A stretch of 58,291 bases of DNA, counting the filler, from Sluysia triapertura (taxonomy: Eukaryota): NCBI GenBank assembly GCA_046118255.1. It is 4 parts of 4 records of this genome, joined end to end, with 100 filler letters (N's around TTAATTAATTAA, not from the genome) between each part and the next. Parts side by side here need not be neighbours in the genome. Positions count along the whole stretch, not along the records: positions 25,964 to 41,976 come from JBJNIA010212921.1; positions 42,077 to 58,291 come from JBJNIA010208480.1; 2 more parts are not named here. One strand, written 5' to 3'. The position numbers were made by a program, and so were the translations under genes. Below are positions 40,601-52,209 of the stretch, one piece after another; positions within the stretch are counted from its first letter, which is position 1, and every line of letters begins with the position of its first letter. The notes below the pieces were generated by a model, which saw only the letters and a program-made list of their open reading frames with translations, did no database searches and was not told the origin of the DNA.

Positions 40601-41619
40601 ATTTTAACTTATTTTATTCTAAGTTGAAAGGTTTTATTATAAAGTTATTTAATACTTTATAAGGTACTCAGGAGGCCCTAGATATTTTCACCTTCGCCAC
40701 TCTGATTCATTTTTCTACTTTTTTATTTTAATTATTAATGTATCAAATTTATCTTTAACATTGTCAATCATGATTTTAATTCTTGAACATTTCAAAGGTT
40801 CCAAACATTTTACAAGGTTACTCGAAGGTTCCAGAAGTCTTCATAAGGGTCTCAATACCCTACAAAAGTATCTGGAACTCCAATGTGTTCTTCGGTTTCA
40901 AAATGATTACAAACATTTTACTGTTCATTGCTCTTGCTCTAGAAATATTTAATTATGTTTATATTATCATATTTCATATATTTTATATCATTTTTTCTTA
41001 TGTATATTTTATTTTAAATTGCATTAAAATAATTATATTTAAATAATTAAAAAATTATATTTTAAAATTTATATTAAAAGAAATTTGTTTTGATCAATTA
41101 TTTCATCTGCCCTATTGGAATTGATATTATAAAGATCATCAAAATTATTGGAATTAAAACAAATTTACAACTACAATTTTTAATCAACCAAAAAGATATA
41201 TTTTTAGAAGATCCATACATACAAAATAATTTGTGTTATTAGGTTTCCCACTGGTCATTTTTATTTTATAATTCTTATAAAAACATAATTTGTTCATAAT
41301 TAAAAAATCTAATGTTACAAATTATAATCTTTTTAATAGATTAAAAAATTTAAAGTTCACAAAGTCCTCCATAATTCGTATTAATAATTCATTTACAAAG
41401 ACTGCGCTTAATTACTAAGCGTTTTAATTTGTTACTGTGTGACTAATTTAATTATGTAAATTTTCGAGTGATGAAGCACTATTTTTTATGATCTTAAAGG
41501 TCATTTGATTTGTTAAGTGCACTTTGCACTTAATTATTAGTAATATGTATATTTTTTTCCACCTATAATTATTAACAAGGCATCCAGGCCTTTAAAATGC
41601 ATTTTATTAATTTTATTTG

Positions 41620-41646
41620 GATTATTGTTATTATTATTATTATTAC

Positions 41647-41692
<46 letters not shown>
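41620..41692. repeat. (ATT)n microsatellite
   Basis: Direct reading. Confidence 0.95.
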
Positions 41693-41902
41693 TTAAATTA
41701 ATTGATATTATTACCATTATTATATTATTTACATTATTGTTATGAAATAATTTTTGTTATTATTTCGATATTATTATTAAAAATTATTATCATTATAAAC
41801 TTAATGATATTAAACCCTTACGTTAGTTTTATTTTCCCACAATTTGTATATTTATATTCGGTTTCTTTCTACACAAACAATTATAAAAAAGAATTTTAGA
41901 AA

Positions 41903-41976
41903 GCTGGGTCCGCCTACGTTAAACGATTTATCTTACCTAGAAGGACGTTTACGTAGGATTTAAAGCTGTCAAAAGC
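41903..41976. repeat. Fragment of the structured repeat family at contig end
   Basis: gggtccg-cctacg..cgtagg-atttaaag is homologous to 42662-42721 gagttcg-cctaac..gttagg-atttaaag. Confidence 0.7.
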
Positions 41977-42076
41977 NNNNNNNNNNNNNNNNNNNNNNNN
42001 NNNNNNNNNNNNNNNNNNNNTTAATTAATTAANNNNNNNNNNNNNNNNNNNNNNNNNNNNNNNNNNNNNNNNNNNN
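41977..42076. other. Artificial contig-joining linker
   Basis: N44-TTAATTAATTAA-N44. Confidence 0.97.
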
Positions 42077-45000
42077 CATCAAGACTAAGGACTCTTTCGC
42101 AGTACTGACATAGTATTTCCTATAACTAAGTCTTCCGAGAGATATAAATCTTAGATTATAGGCGAACCCAGTAAAATAATTATAATTGTTCATTAAGATA
42201 AAATAAAAAATACTGAACAAATATAACTATTCCGATAGGTATGATCATGACTTTTTAAATTTTTTTAATATTTCAACTATCCAAATAATATATATATTTT
42301 TCTAATGCTAATGCCGACCATTTTTAATTAATTTTTTTATTGATAAACTTAACTTTTATTTTTCTAAACGTAATTATTTAAGGATTAATTCAAGTTTGTT
42401 TAAAACTAAACGTATTAGGATCGGTTAAATGATCGCTTTTAGTTTTTATTTAAAAAAATACTTTGAAATTGTATTGATGGATTTGTAGAGATGTGAAGGT
42501 GTTAGAAAAAATGAAATAATAATAAAATTATAAATATTGTTTAAGTTTTGTAGAAAATTATTTAATTAATTTTTGTAAAATTTCATCTTTTATTTAATTC
42601 ATGTGTGAGAATATGCAAAGGTGTTTTCACCTAACTTACGATGAAAATAGTAATCTGGATAGAGTTCGCCTAACAGAAAACGACTTAAGTCTGAATGACG
42701 GCGGTCTGTTAGGATTTAAAGAGAAAGTTTGACTTAGGAAGAGTCACGTAAAGACTGTCTACTTAAAAGAAGGAGTACGTACGAAGAATATGAAGAGTAT
42801 ATGAACACTTTTATTATATATATTTTAGATGATTTTTAGTTAGCCTTTTTACGATCTAACTTCAGTAAATAAAATATTAAATTAGCCGGTTACGGTCTAA
42901 TTGTGGAAAAATTGTTATAGTATCTTAGTATGTTAAGCTAGCCTTATTACAGTCTAGCGTTAAATGATTTTAGTTCTTTATAGCGAATCGGTAAGACTCA
43001 AACAACTACTTGTAAGGTGTATTATCAAAAACATAAAAAGTATACAATCACGATAAAGATTTTAAATACTTTAATCAGGATTAGATTTAGTATTGTAGAT
43101 TTTGGTGAGAATTTAACTTATCCTTCTTGCGGTATAAGTTAAAAAATTTCGTTAATTATTTTGAGTAAAATTTTACTTCTCCCAGTTACGGTGAGAAGGT
43201 TCAAAACCTATACAAAATAATTGTTGATTGATTAAGTGAATATTTTCTCGCAAATGGCTTTCTAAAAATTCTACCAAACCTGTTGGTATATATATAGAAT
43301 TTTCAGTAGCCATCTTGCATGTTTATTGGTTTTAAAAATTTAATTTACTTAAACAAAATCTAAAAATTTAATTTATTTAAACAAAGTAAAATTTAGTATG
43401 AAATTTTAATTTTAATTTTGATTCTATTTATTTTAAAACTTTAATTTATTATTTTATTATAATATAAATAAATATTATTTATCAATAAAATAACTATTAT
43501 ATAATAATTATAAAATAAAATAAAATGACTTCAAAATTCAGTCAATTTCAATTAATTGTTCTCAATTAATTATTAAACACTTCGATTAATTGCTGTTAAG
43601 CACCGTTACGCAGCGTCACGCCGCATCCTGAATAATTTTAAAAGATAAAATAGAATAAGATTTTAACATGAGTCCACCAACGTACTAGGCTTCCCAGTTA
43701 GGGCTAGCCGTTGGATTTGTAGATAAATGATTTTAAAGGGTAGAAAAAATTTATAAAGTGTAGTTTTTGATAGGGTATTCTTTGCTTAATAACTTGACTA
43801 TTAATTTTAATTTTAATTCTGAAGGTATTTCAAAACTTTTAATGATAATAAATTTATGAGCGTATGGTTAACTGAAAAAATCAAAATTAGTTTGTGAAGT
43901 ATTTTACGATAATCCTATGAAAATGATCTATTAAAATGATTTTACGAGATTAGATTTAAATTCTAATAGTAGAAAACGTACTCTACTATAGATTTTATAT
44001 TTGAAACTATGAAATCTTTTAAAGAATAATGAACGATTACTTAAAATTTTATTAAATACAAAAAATAATAAAGGAATTTATAATGGAAGAAAATATATGG
44101 TAGTTTACCAGGAATTAAATGAAATTAATCCCTGAGTCAATAATATTTTAATGGAGATTTTACATCAGATGTATTATAAGATCTGTTAAATTATTATTAT
44201 TTTAACTTAATATATTAAAACAATAAAAATTAACTTTTTAATTTTAAAAATTTTTAACTTAATATATCAAAATTAATTTAAGATACTAAAATTAACTTTT
44301 AAAAATTTATAATTACTTACGTTCCAATATTAAAAAAATTCAATTATAATTCAATTAAAATATCCAAAATAAATTTCAAATATAGTTGAAATAAATAAAA
44401 ATCAATAAATTAAGACACACAAAGTTATAATAGTATTAATATGACACTAAATCATGATTAGTTATGTGAATATAATGTACACACAATTCTGTACACATAT
44501 ATTATCTAATATTAAATTAGAATTTGTTAAATAGAAATAATTATTATGTTGGGTGTTTTTCTTAATCTAAAAACCTAAACTACAGCAAAATAATTAATTA
44601 TTATGAGTCCGTTTACAGTATACGACTTACTAACGGCGTACCTGTAAAATTACGTGAAAGCAATTATCAGAATTAATTCGTATAAAAAATATTCTTTGCC
44701 TTAACTTAACAATAATGGGCAAAATCGTCGTTTATATCAAGTAACAATAAATAACTTAAAAACTAATTAAGACATATATAGATATACGAATTAATTAATA
44801 ACTGCCAGAACCTTTTTAATTTCTATTTATTTTATAAATGATATTAGAATTAATGTTCTTGCAACGAAAAATATATTCAAATTTAAGTTACAAAGTGAGT
44901 ATTAATACAATTATAGTGAAAAGAACACAAATTTTGAGAACTTTCTAGTAATTTTTATTAAACCAAAATATATCAAAAATAAAACTAATATAAATTTACA

Positions 45001-45821
45001 AAAAATATACGATGAGCGAATATTTATAATAGAAAAAACATTAGAAATGACAAATTTGATAAATGATAAAAATAATGACGATAATAATTGAAATATAATA
45101 AGGGTCTAGCCCAGAAGACTCTACAATATCTATTTTATAATTGACCTTTAAATGGATTTTGTGATTGGCCTTAATGACCAACCATGAAAAATAGTATTTT
45201 ACGTTTAAATATTAACTCAACGAGTGAGTGTTCAGCTATGTAAAATTAACTTACGGATTAATCAATAATAAAAATTGGAGCTCGGCTGATGGAAGTAATT
45301 TGTTGAAGAGTGACTTGATCTGTGGTGATGTTGACGTTTGGAGATCGCTATCCCTCTAATCGTAGGCGCGGGATTTAAGCGATAATGTATAAATTGAATC
45401 GCAGAGTTGATAGAAGGTACCACAAGCTGATGATGAATTCGCACAATAACCAAAATGGAGTCTTCTGATTTATAATAATCTTTATTTGGAACAATGGTGA
45501 TCTTCTTTGTTTATAATTTAATTGTGATTGCACTTGGCCTTCTAATTTTTCATGATGGCGATTGTTTTATTTGTGACTGTCTTTACATAGTCATAGAGAC
45601 ATTTTTGAAATTTGATACATTTAAATAAACTTCTTTCTAGAAGTTTCTTTTTATGTCTTTTTAAATTTATAATAATAATAATTTTAATTTTATTATAATT
45701 ATATTAATAATATTTTAAAATATATAAATTTTAATAATTTTATAATATTTTTTAAAATTACACAAACATAAAAAAATCAAAAACATGAAATATAAAATAC
45801 AAAATTATATTCACATTTACA
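42077..45821 (-). mobile_element. Non-coding, highly structured repeat element of at least 3.7 kb (candidate LARD-like retroelement or large structured RNA)
   Basis: No credible ORF; many hairpins and long-range stems separated by AT-rich spacers. The right ~1.2 kb is homologous to 1-1013. It may be a composite of more than one copy. Confidence 0.6.
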
Positions 45822-47141
45822 GTATATTTGTCACTAGTAATTGTATCATCATCCATATTTTTGTTTTTACATCACTTTTAGAAATGGGAACATGTTTTAT
45901 AATAAATCTTTGTTCAGTTATGTTGTTTTGTTCTTATTATATACATACTACCTTTATTTGAATTACTTATTAAATTTCAGAGATGCATTTAATTATAAGG
46001 AATGCAAAGATATAATTGCTTTAACTGTGAAATATGGAATTATTGGCTTTAATATAGTCATAGAATACAGTAAATTTAATTTGACATTACTGATGTCCAT
46101 CGTGATACAATATGATAGCATTATACGATTTGTGTAATAATTATGTTACAAACGCTGCTTGCATTCCTTCAATTATATCTTAGGTGCTGGTGTGACTAAA
46201 TATAAAAAGCATTATTTGATATTCGAGAATGTTATAATTATTTTGATTTTAATGATTTAAGTAACGCAACTTTAAGATGTTTTACAAAAAGACGAAAACC
46301 TTCTCCATCACACATGATGTACTTATCGTTTTTAATTCCTTTACACAATCCTATTACTTATGAGTCCGTTTATATTGATAGAAAACGTTATTTTGTTTCA
46401 AACAGAAAATAATGTAGTTGTATTGTAATTGTATCACAATACAGTTTTAAGTTAGTTTATGTTTTACTTTTTTTTTGTTCTTTTTTGTGCTAGTGAATAA
46501 AAAAGTTTTTGTTTATTTGGATAAATTCCTTAATCTTTGTTAAAGCCTAAAGTTATGATTAAGTTAATGGTTAAATTTTTTAAAAAAATTAATAGAATTT
46601 TGGTTAAATTAATTTTTTTAAAGTTAAAGAAAAGTTAAAATTGTATAACTTTCTTAAATATAATAAAAATATAAAGCCCTCTCTAAAATATATATAACAT
46701 TCATCTATTTGGACCATTTATTTAAATGTTACGCATAACTAACATTCGTACACTAATATTTGAACACATAAAATATAAATATTTTAAATTAAATTTATAA
46801 ACATTTTACAATTTATAAATAATTTACTAAAAAATATATAAAAAATAAATGATATTATCATAAAATAAGAATGAAATATTAATTATAAAAAATAATTAGT
46901 TTTATTTTTGAATTTTTAGATAGTTTAAATGGTTAAAAAATTGAACATTTCAAAAAGGTCTTTATTTAAAATTTTTTAGGAAAATTTATTTTTCAAGTTT
47001 TGATTAAGTAAAATATTTTAATTTTATATTCATGTTTAAAACATATCAAAAATATATTTACGTAATTTTGTTAGAAAAGATTTTTATTATTTATAAAGTT
47101 TTAGATTAATTAAATATTTACTATTTCAATCTAATTATATT

Positions 47142-50100
47142 ATGGAAAAAGTTAATATAAAGAGAAAGTATTCAATAAGATTTATTAATTATGTAAGAAG
47201 TTTTATTAGTAGTTAGTACAATTTTAGAATTCTTTCACAACTGTGCAAGAAATAGAGAAATTATTTTTTTCTAATAATAAAGTTGTAAGTAATTATAATT
47301 TAAGTTATAATTATTAGATTTTCAAACCTAATTGTAAGTTAGAACTCAATTTGCTAAAAAATGAAATACATATTCGAAAAAAGAAGAAACTTTTATATCG
47401 AATAATTTTTCGACACCTGGAAGTAAGACATGTGGAAGATCCAGAAATACCTAGAGTAGATTCATCCAGAATTGTTGGATCTCCAACTTTTGACTTACTT
47501 GTCTTTTTTAATAATCCTGGTGAAGCACAACAATTTGACTTAAATGCAAATGAGTATAATTTTGTAATACATAGAAATTTTTTATTTAGAATGTTACAAC
47601 AACAGCAAATTTTTGAACCAGTGGAATTTACTATGCACGTTAGAAATGGCGAAAGTGTTTTAAATCAGATAGAGGAGGTTGTAACAGTCGATTCTACTTC
47701 AACAGCTAAATCAGTTTTACTTGAGATTAAGGATAAATATTGCCAAGATTTTCAAATAGAAAAATATGTTCTACTGGTTAATGTCGGTGGAATTGAATAT
47801 CTTGCTAAAGATGAATGTAGAATTGTTCGAATTATAGAACATTCTATTTCGTGCTCTGATATTAAATGTAATAGTGACTCATTATTGTCAACTGGGTTCA
47901 ATTATTCTAACATAACGTGTATTTTAGCCAACTGTGGTGACGATTTACCAATAGTTAATAAAAAAGGTATAAGTACAACAGTATATTCCCAAAAACGAAA
48001 AGCTTCTTCCATTAAAGATATCGGAGATAAAAATAAAGAATTTGAATATGTCTATAAAATGCGTCCAACTTGTAATGGTTTGTCTAAATCAGTACCTGCA
48101 TGGCTTTTACGTATGCTGGCAGACTTGTATTTTAACGGTTATGAAACTAATGATGTTTTTAGAAAAGGTTGTGGTTTTCCTATCGAACAAAAGAACGAAT
48201 TTCTTTACAAAATGAATAAATATGTTGATTTTAGTGTCCAAGACTTGAGTATTGAAAAAAAAGCCGTTCTTGTAAAGGTAATTTTAATTTCTTTATAAGA
48301 TATTGTATTGCATTATCTTTATTATGTAAGTCACATTTTATGCAATAATATTAAGATTATCAGTGTACATTCATTGCAATACAAAATAATCATTTATTGA
48401 AAATCAAGTATAATATTCGAGTTCATTATGTAATTAAATACACTTCACATTTATTACTTATTAGCTAAATTATAATCTCTGTATATTAAATTCAGAAATA
48501 TATGGAGCGTTACGGAAATTCAATATTTGGTAAATATGTATTGAGAAAATTAGTAAATTTTATGAGGAGTTTGCAAGTTAAACCTGGTGCAAATTTTAAG
48601 AGTGCTTCTGAAGGTAGAAATGCTATATTATTTACAGAAGAAAATAGAACACAATTACTTAAGTTAGTTTTAATTTGAGTTGTAAATTATTTAAAAGCAC
48701 ATAAAGCATTACAAGGCCTAATTAATTTTTCACAATATATTTATATTAAATATTTGTAATAAATAATAATAATCTTTAAATTTAAGAAAATGTGTTTTAA
48801 ATTACTTAAATTGTATTGGAATTATTAATATTCGAAATACATTTTCGATGAAATATGCATGTGGTATTTTTAGGTATTATTCCTTATCACCCCCAACAGG
48901 TATTGTGACTGCCAGAGTTCTAAGTTATTGTGCTTAAATCACTACCTCATAAAACTTATGTGATGCTCTTTTTATAACTTTAAACTTAACATAATTTGTA
49001 TGGCTTTTGCAATAGATCTCAATTTTCTATTTATAAATTCTTACAAGGATTTTATCTTTAATGTTACTGTTTTGGTTGTTTTTTTTCTTTGAGATTAAGG
49101 CAATTTTACTTAAGCTTATTTGTTAAGTTTATTTAAATATTAGTATTTTATGAATCAATGTCGTTCTAAATGCTCTTTAAATTGATCATCTGGATCACTA
49201 ATTATATCTTTAAAACTTAATGTTAAACCGTTTTAACGTAGTAAAATTGTGCTTGATAAGATATCATATTTAGGAGCAATACAAGATATATTGTGATGAA
49301 CAATGTTTTATGCATTATCAAATTCGTGAAATTCTCTGCACCTAGCAATAAAAATAGCGCTAAAATTTTCTAGGCCATAGAGCGAGCAGTATTAAATTAA
49401 ATTTTATAAAATTGATTTTATCATTTGCAGGTTAATGAATGAAATTCCGAAAGAAAACAAATATTTATTATGTCATATCTTATTTGTCATTGAACGCCAT
49501 TATGAAAATAGTGAAGTTACGAAATTAAATATTGAGTCTATCGGTGTTCTTTTTTCACAGTGTTTATTTCCTGATAAGATAATATTACAATTAACACAAA
49601 AGAATAAAAAAAATCGAATAGTTGTAAATTCATCTAAAATTTCTGGAGTTCCCCAAGTAAAACCAATAAATAATATTAGCTTTGATGATCCATGTTTATT
49701 GGTTGGTCAAAAAATCACAATCGTGGAAGAGATTATGCTCTTAAGGCGTCATTTGTTGTCTGACGAATTAAGAAATGAAATTAAAGCTAATTTAGAAAAT
49801 CATTTAATACAAAATGGTACTTATGTTTTAGCAAGTGAAATTATCCATCCATGTGATTCTGAACCTGAAATTTTAAACACTGACTTTCACAGTAATCAAA
49901 CAGAAGAAACGGAAGATGACAGGTACATTCTATTTTTTAATACCAGAGAAACAGTCTATTAATACATATTAAATTAAATGCTTTAACGTATTTAAAATAA
50001 TATTTGAGATTTTAAAAGTTCATGTTATATTCAATTTATATAAAAATATACACTATTGTTTTTAAGTGGTATGGGTTGATATTGAATATAAAAATAAGTT

Positions 50101-52209
50101 ATAAAATAAAACTTATATTAAAATGATGGAAAAATGCTATCACATTTAACCCCTTAACGCACACTTTAAAAAAACTGGCAAAAGTTTTATTTAAGAACAC
50201 ATTTTAGAACCTTGTTTCAGAAAAAAATCAAAATTTTAATTGTAATTCTGGATTTTGATCCACATTGCAGATTCGAATTTTGTACGTACATCAACTTTTA
50301 ATGTCATTGTGTTTCGAAAAAACGTGTTTATCACTAAAAATGTACATTTATATTTTTCAACAGAAATAATAAAAATTATTCAAAATTTTGAATCCCTCAT
50401 TTTTGATATACATTTTACTAAAGTACAATGTAAAATAAAATATAACATTAATTTGAAAATTAAAAAACACATTAATTGCATAAATATCCAATATATGCAA
50501 TTTTATTTTCTGTAATCACAAAATAACTGTCTTTAAAGATATGCTTATCTATGCAAGTTTACAAGACTTAAGTAAATATTGAACTATACAATAAAAAAAG
50601 AGAATTGAGTATTTGATATTTCATAACTAAATCGTAAAATATAAGAAACAATGGCCTTTATATAAATTCACAAAATCGCAAATGATAAGTGTAAATAAAA
50701 TGAACCCGCTCGAATTAACATACTTTGTAATTTGTTTACTGTTGTAACTGAATCTATTTACTATTTTCTATATAAAAATGTAACACGATTTTAGAGAATG
50801 TTTTGAGTTGAACAATTTTCAGTATAAATTGAATCTGATTATAAAACTATAGTGTTACATAACTTATTTAATTTTTAATCGAAAATTGCATTTACAGTTG
50901 TCAAAATGCAAACGTCTTGTTTTCAATAAATAATTTGTCAATACATATTTTATACAAATTATTGGATAAATAACAAATAAAATATTTTTAGTTGTAAATT
51001 ATAGATATTTTATAATTATGGAATGTGTCTACTTTTTATATTCAAAAAATTTTAACAAAGATATCTTGAATTTTCGTAATATCAATATTTTTCTAATTAG
51101 TTAAAAATCTGAAATTCTTTCGTTCTTGTAAAAGAACCCATGTATTCAAAGGTTTTCTGTAGTGTATTAAACAATTCTAATAATCAGTTTGTAATTTATG
51201 AGAAAATTTTACTGAGATTTTATTATGAATCTTATTTAGAATTCTCAATTAGCTAGGTTTCGGAATTTAGGTTTGGCTCTTAAATATTTGTAAATAAAAT
51301 AAATCTAACGCATTTCTAATCTAATAAATCTAATCATTTCAACGGAGCTATACATATAGAGATAGATAGATAACTCAAGCATCATCCTATAAATTGTAAA
51401 CTAAATTTGATCAACTTATTGGCAAAATATCATGGTATTAAAACTAAAAGTATTATATTAAATTCCAATTTTGTATTTTTATATTCAGTTGCTGTAGTAT
51501 AACAAGCCAGACTGCAAGTACTCAAGATTTCTTAAATGATGTAATAAGTAAATATGATGACGACGACGATGATGATGATTTGTGCTTAAGCAAAGATTCG
51601 ATTGAAAACCACGATCCTAAATGTAATAATGCTATTGAAATTGCACCAAAAAGTAATCTTGACAATCAAATATCTATTGCAAATACTGCGGTTATACGAC
51701 GTATATCTGGGTCCAAACGCTCCTCGGAAATTTTAACTCCTGTTTCCATAGTACCTAGGAAANNNNNNNNNNNNNNNNNNNNNNNNNNNNNNNNNNNNNN
51801 NNNNNNNNNNNNNNNNNNNNNNNNNNNNNNNNNNNNNNNNNNNNNNNNNNNNNNNNNNNNNNNNNNNNNNNNNNNNNNNNNNNNNNNNNNNNNNNNNNNN
51901 NNNNNNNNNACATATACTAACATCAGCCTCATTTGTTCTGATGATTTTACTTCACCAGTTTCCAAGTTACCTTGTACTAGTAATGCTAATCGTCACATCA
52001 ATGAAATAGATCCTCCTTATACTGTTTTTACACCACATCAACAAACTATTGAATCAGCACGTTATTCACCCACTTTTAGTGAAAAAAACAATTTGTTTTT
52101 GAATTTAGATTTACCTAATGTGCGCCAAATGGTTAATAAATATGAACAAATTCAACAGCAATGTCACAGTTATCAGTCGGTTTCAACCATTAAAAGAAAA
52201 ACTAGTTAA
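47142..52209 (+). CDS. ARHGAP20-like Rho GTPase-activating protein (RA domain + RhoGAP). Exons 47142-47192, 47228-47284, 47318-48277, 48496-48662, 49431-49922, 51489-52209
   Basis: All introns are GT-AG and phase-consistent. RA-like VVTVDSTSTAKSVL...KYVLLVNVG; RhoGAP VPAWLLRMLADLYFNGYETNDVFRKG, AVLVKKYMER and EIPKENKYLLCHILFVI...SEVTKLNIESIGVLFSQCLF. The 147-N gap preserves the frame. Confidence 0.85.
51763..51909. other. Scaffold gap (147 N) inside last RhoGAP exon
   Basis: Run of N. Confidence 0.97.

Noticed and set aside
42085-42172. HDV-like ribozyme (act-ctttcgc-agt as P3/L3; stem-CGAA as J4/2)
   Set aside because: P1.1 guanines and a proper P2 are missing, and the other copies of the module do not keep the pattern.
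42668-42714. Integron attC-like ends GCCTAAC...GTTAGGA
   Set aside because: The AAC/GTT core is not conserved in the other module copies, the context is eukaryotic, and no integrase or cassette ORFs are present.
42077-45821. Diverged rRNA, mitochondrial insert or group I/II intron
   Set aside because: No universally conserved rRNA motifs, group I P/Q/R/S set or group II domain V could be found on either strand.
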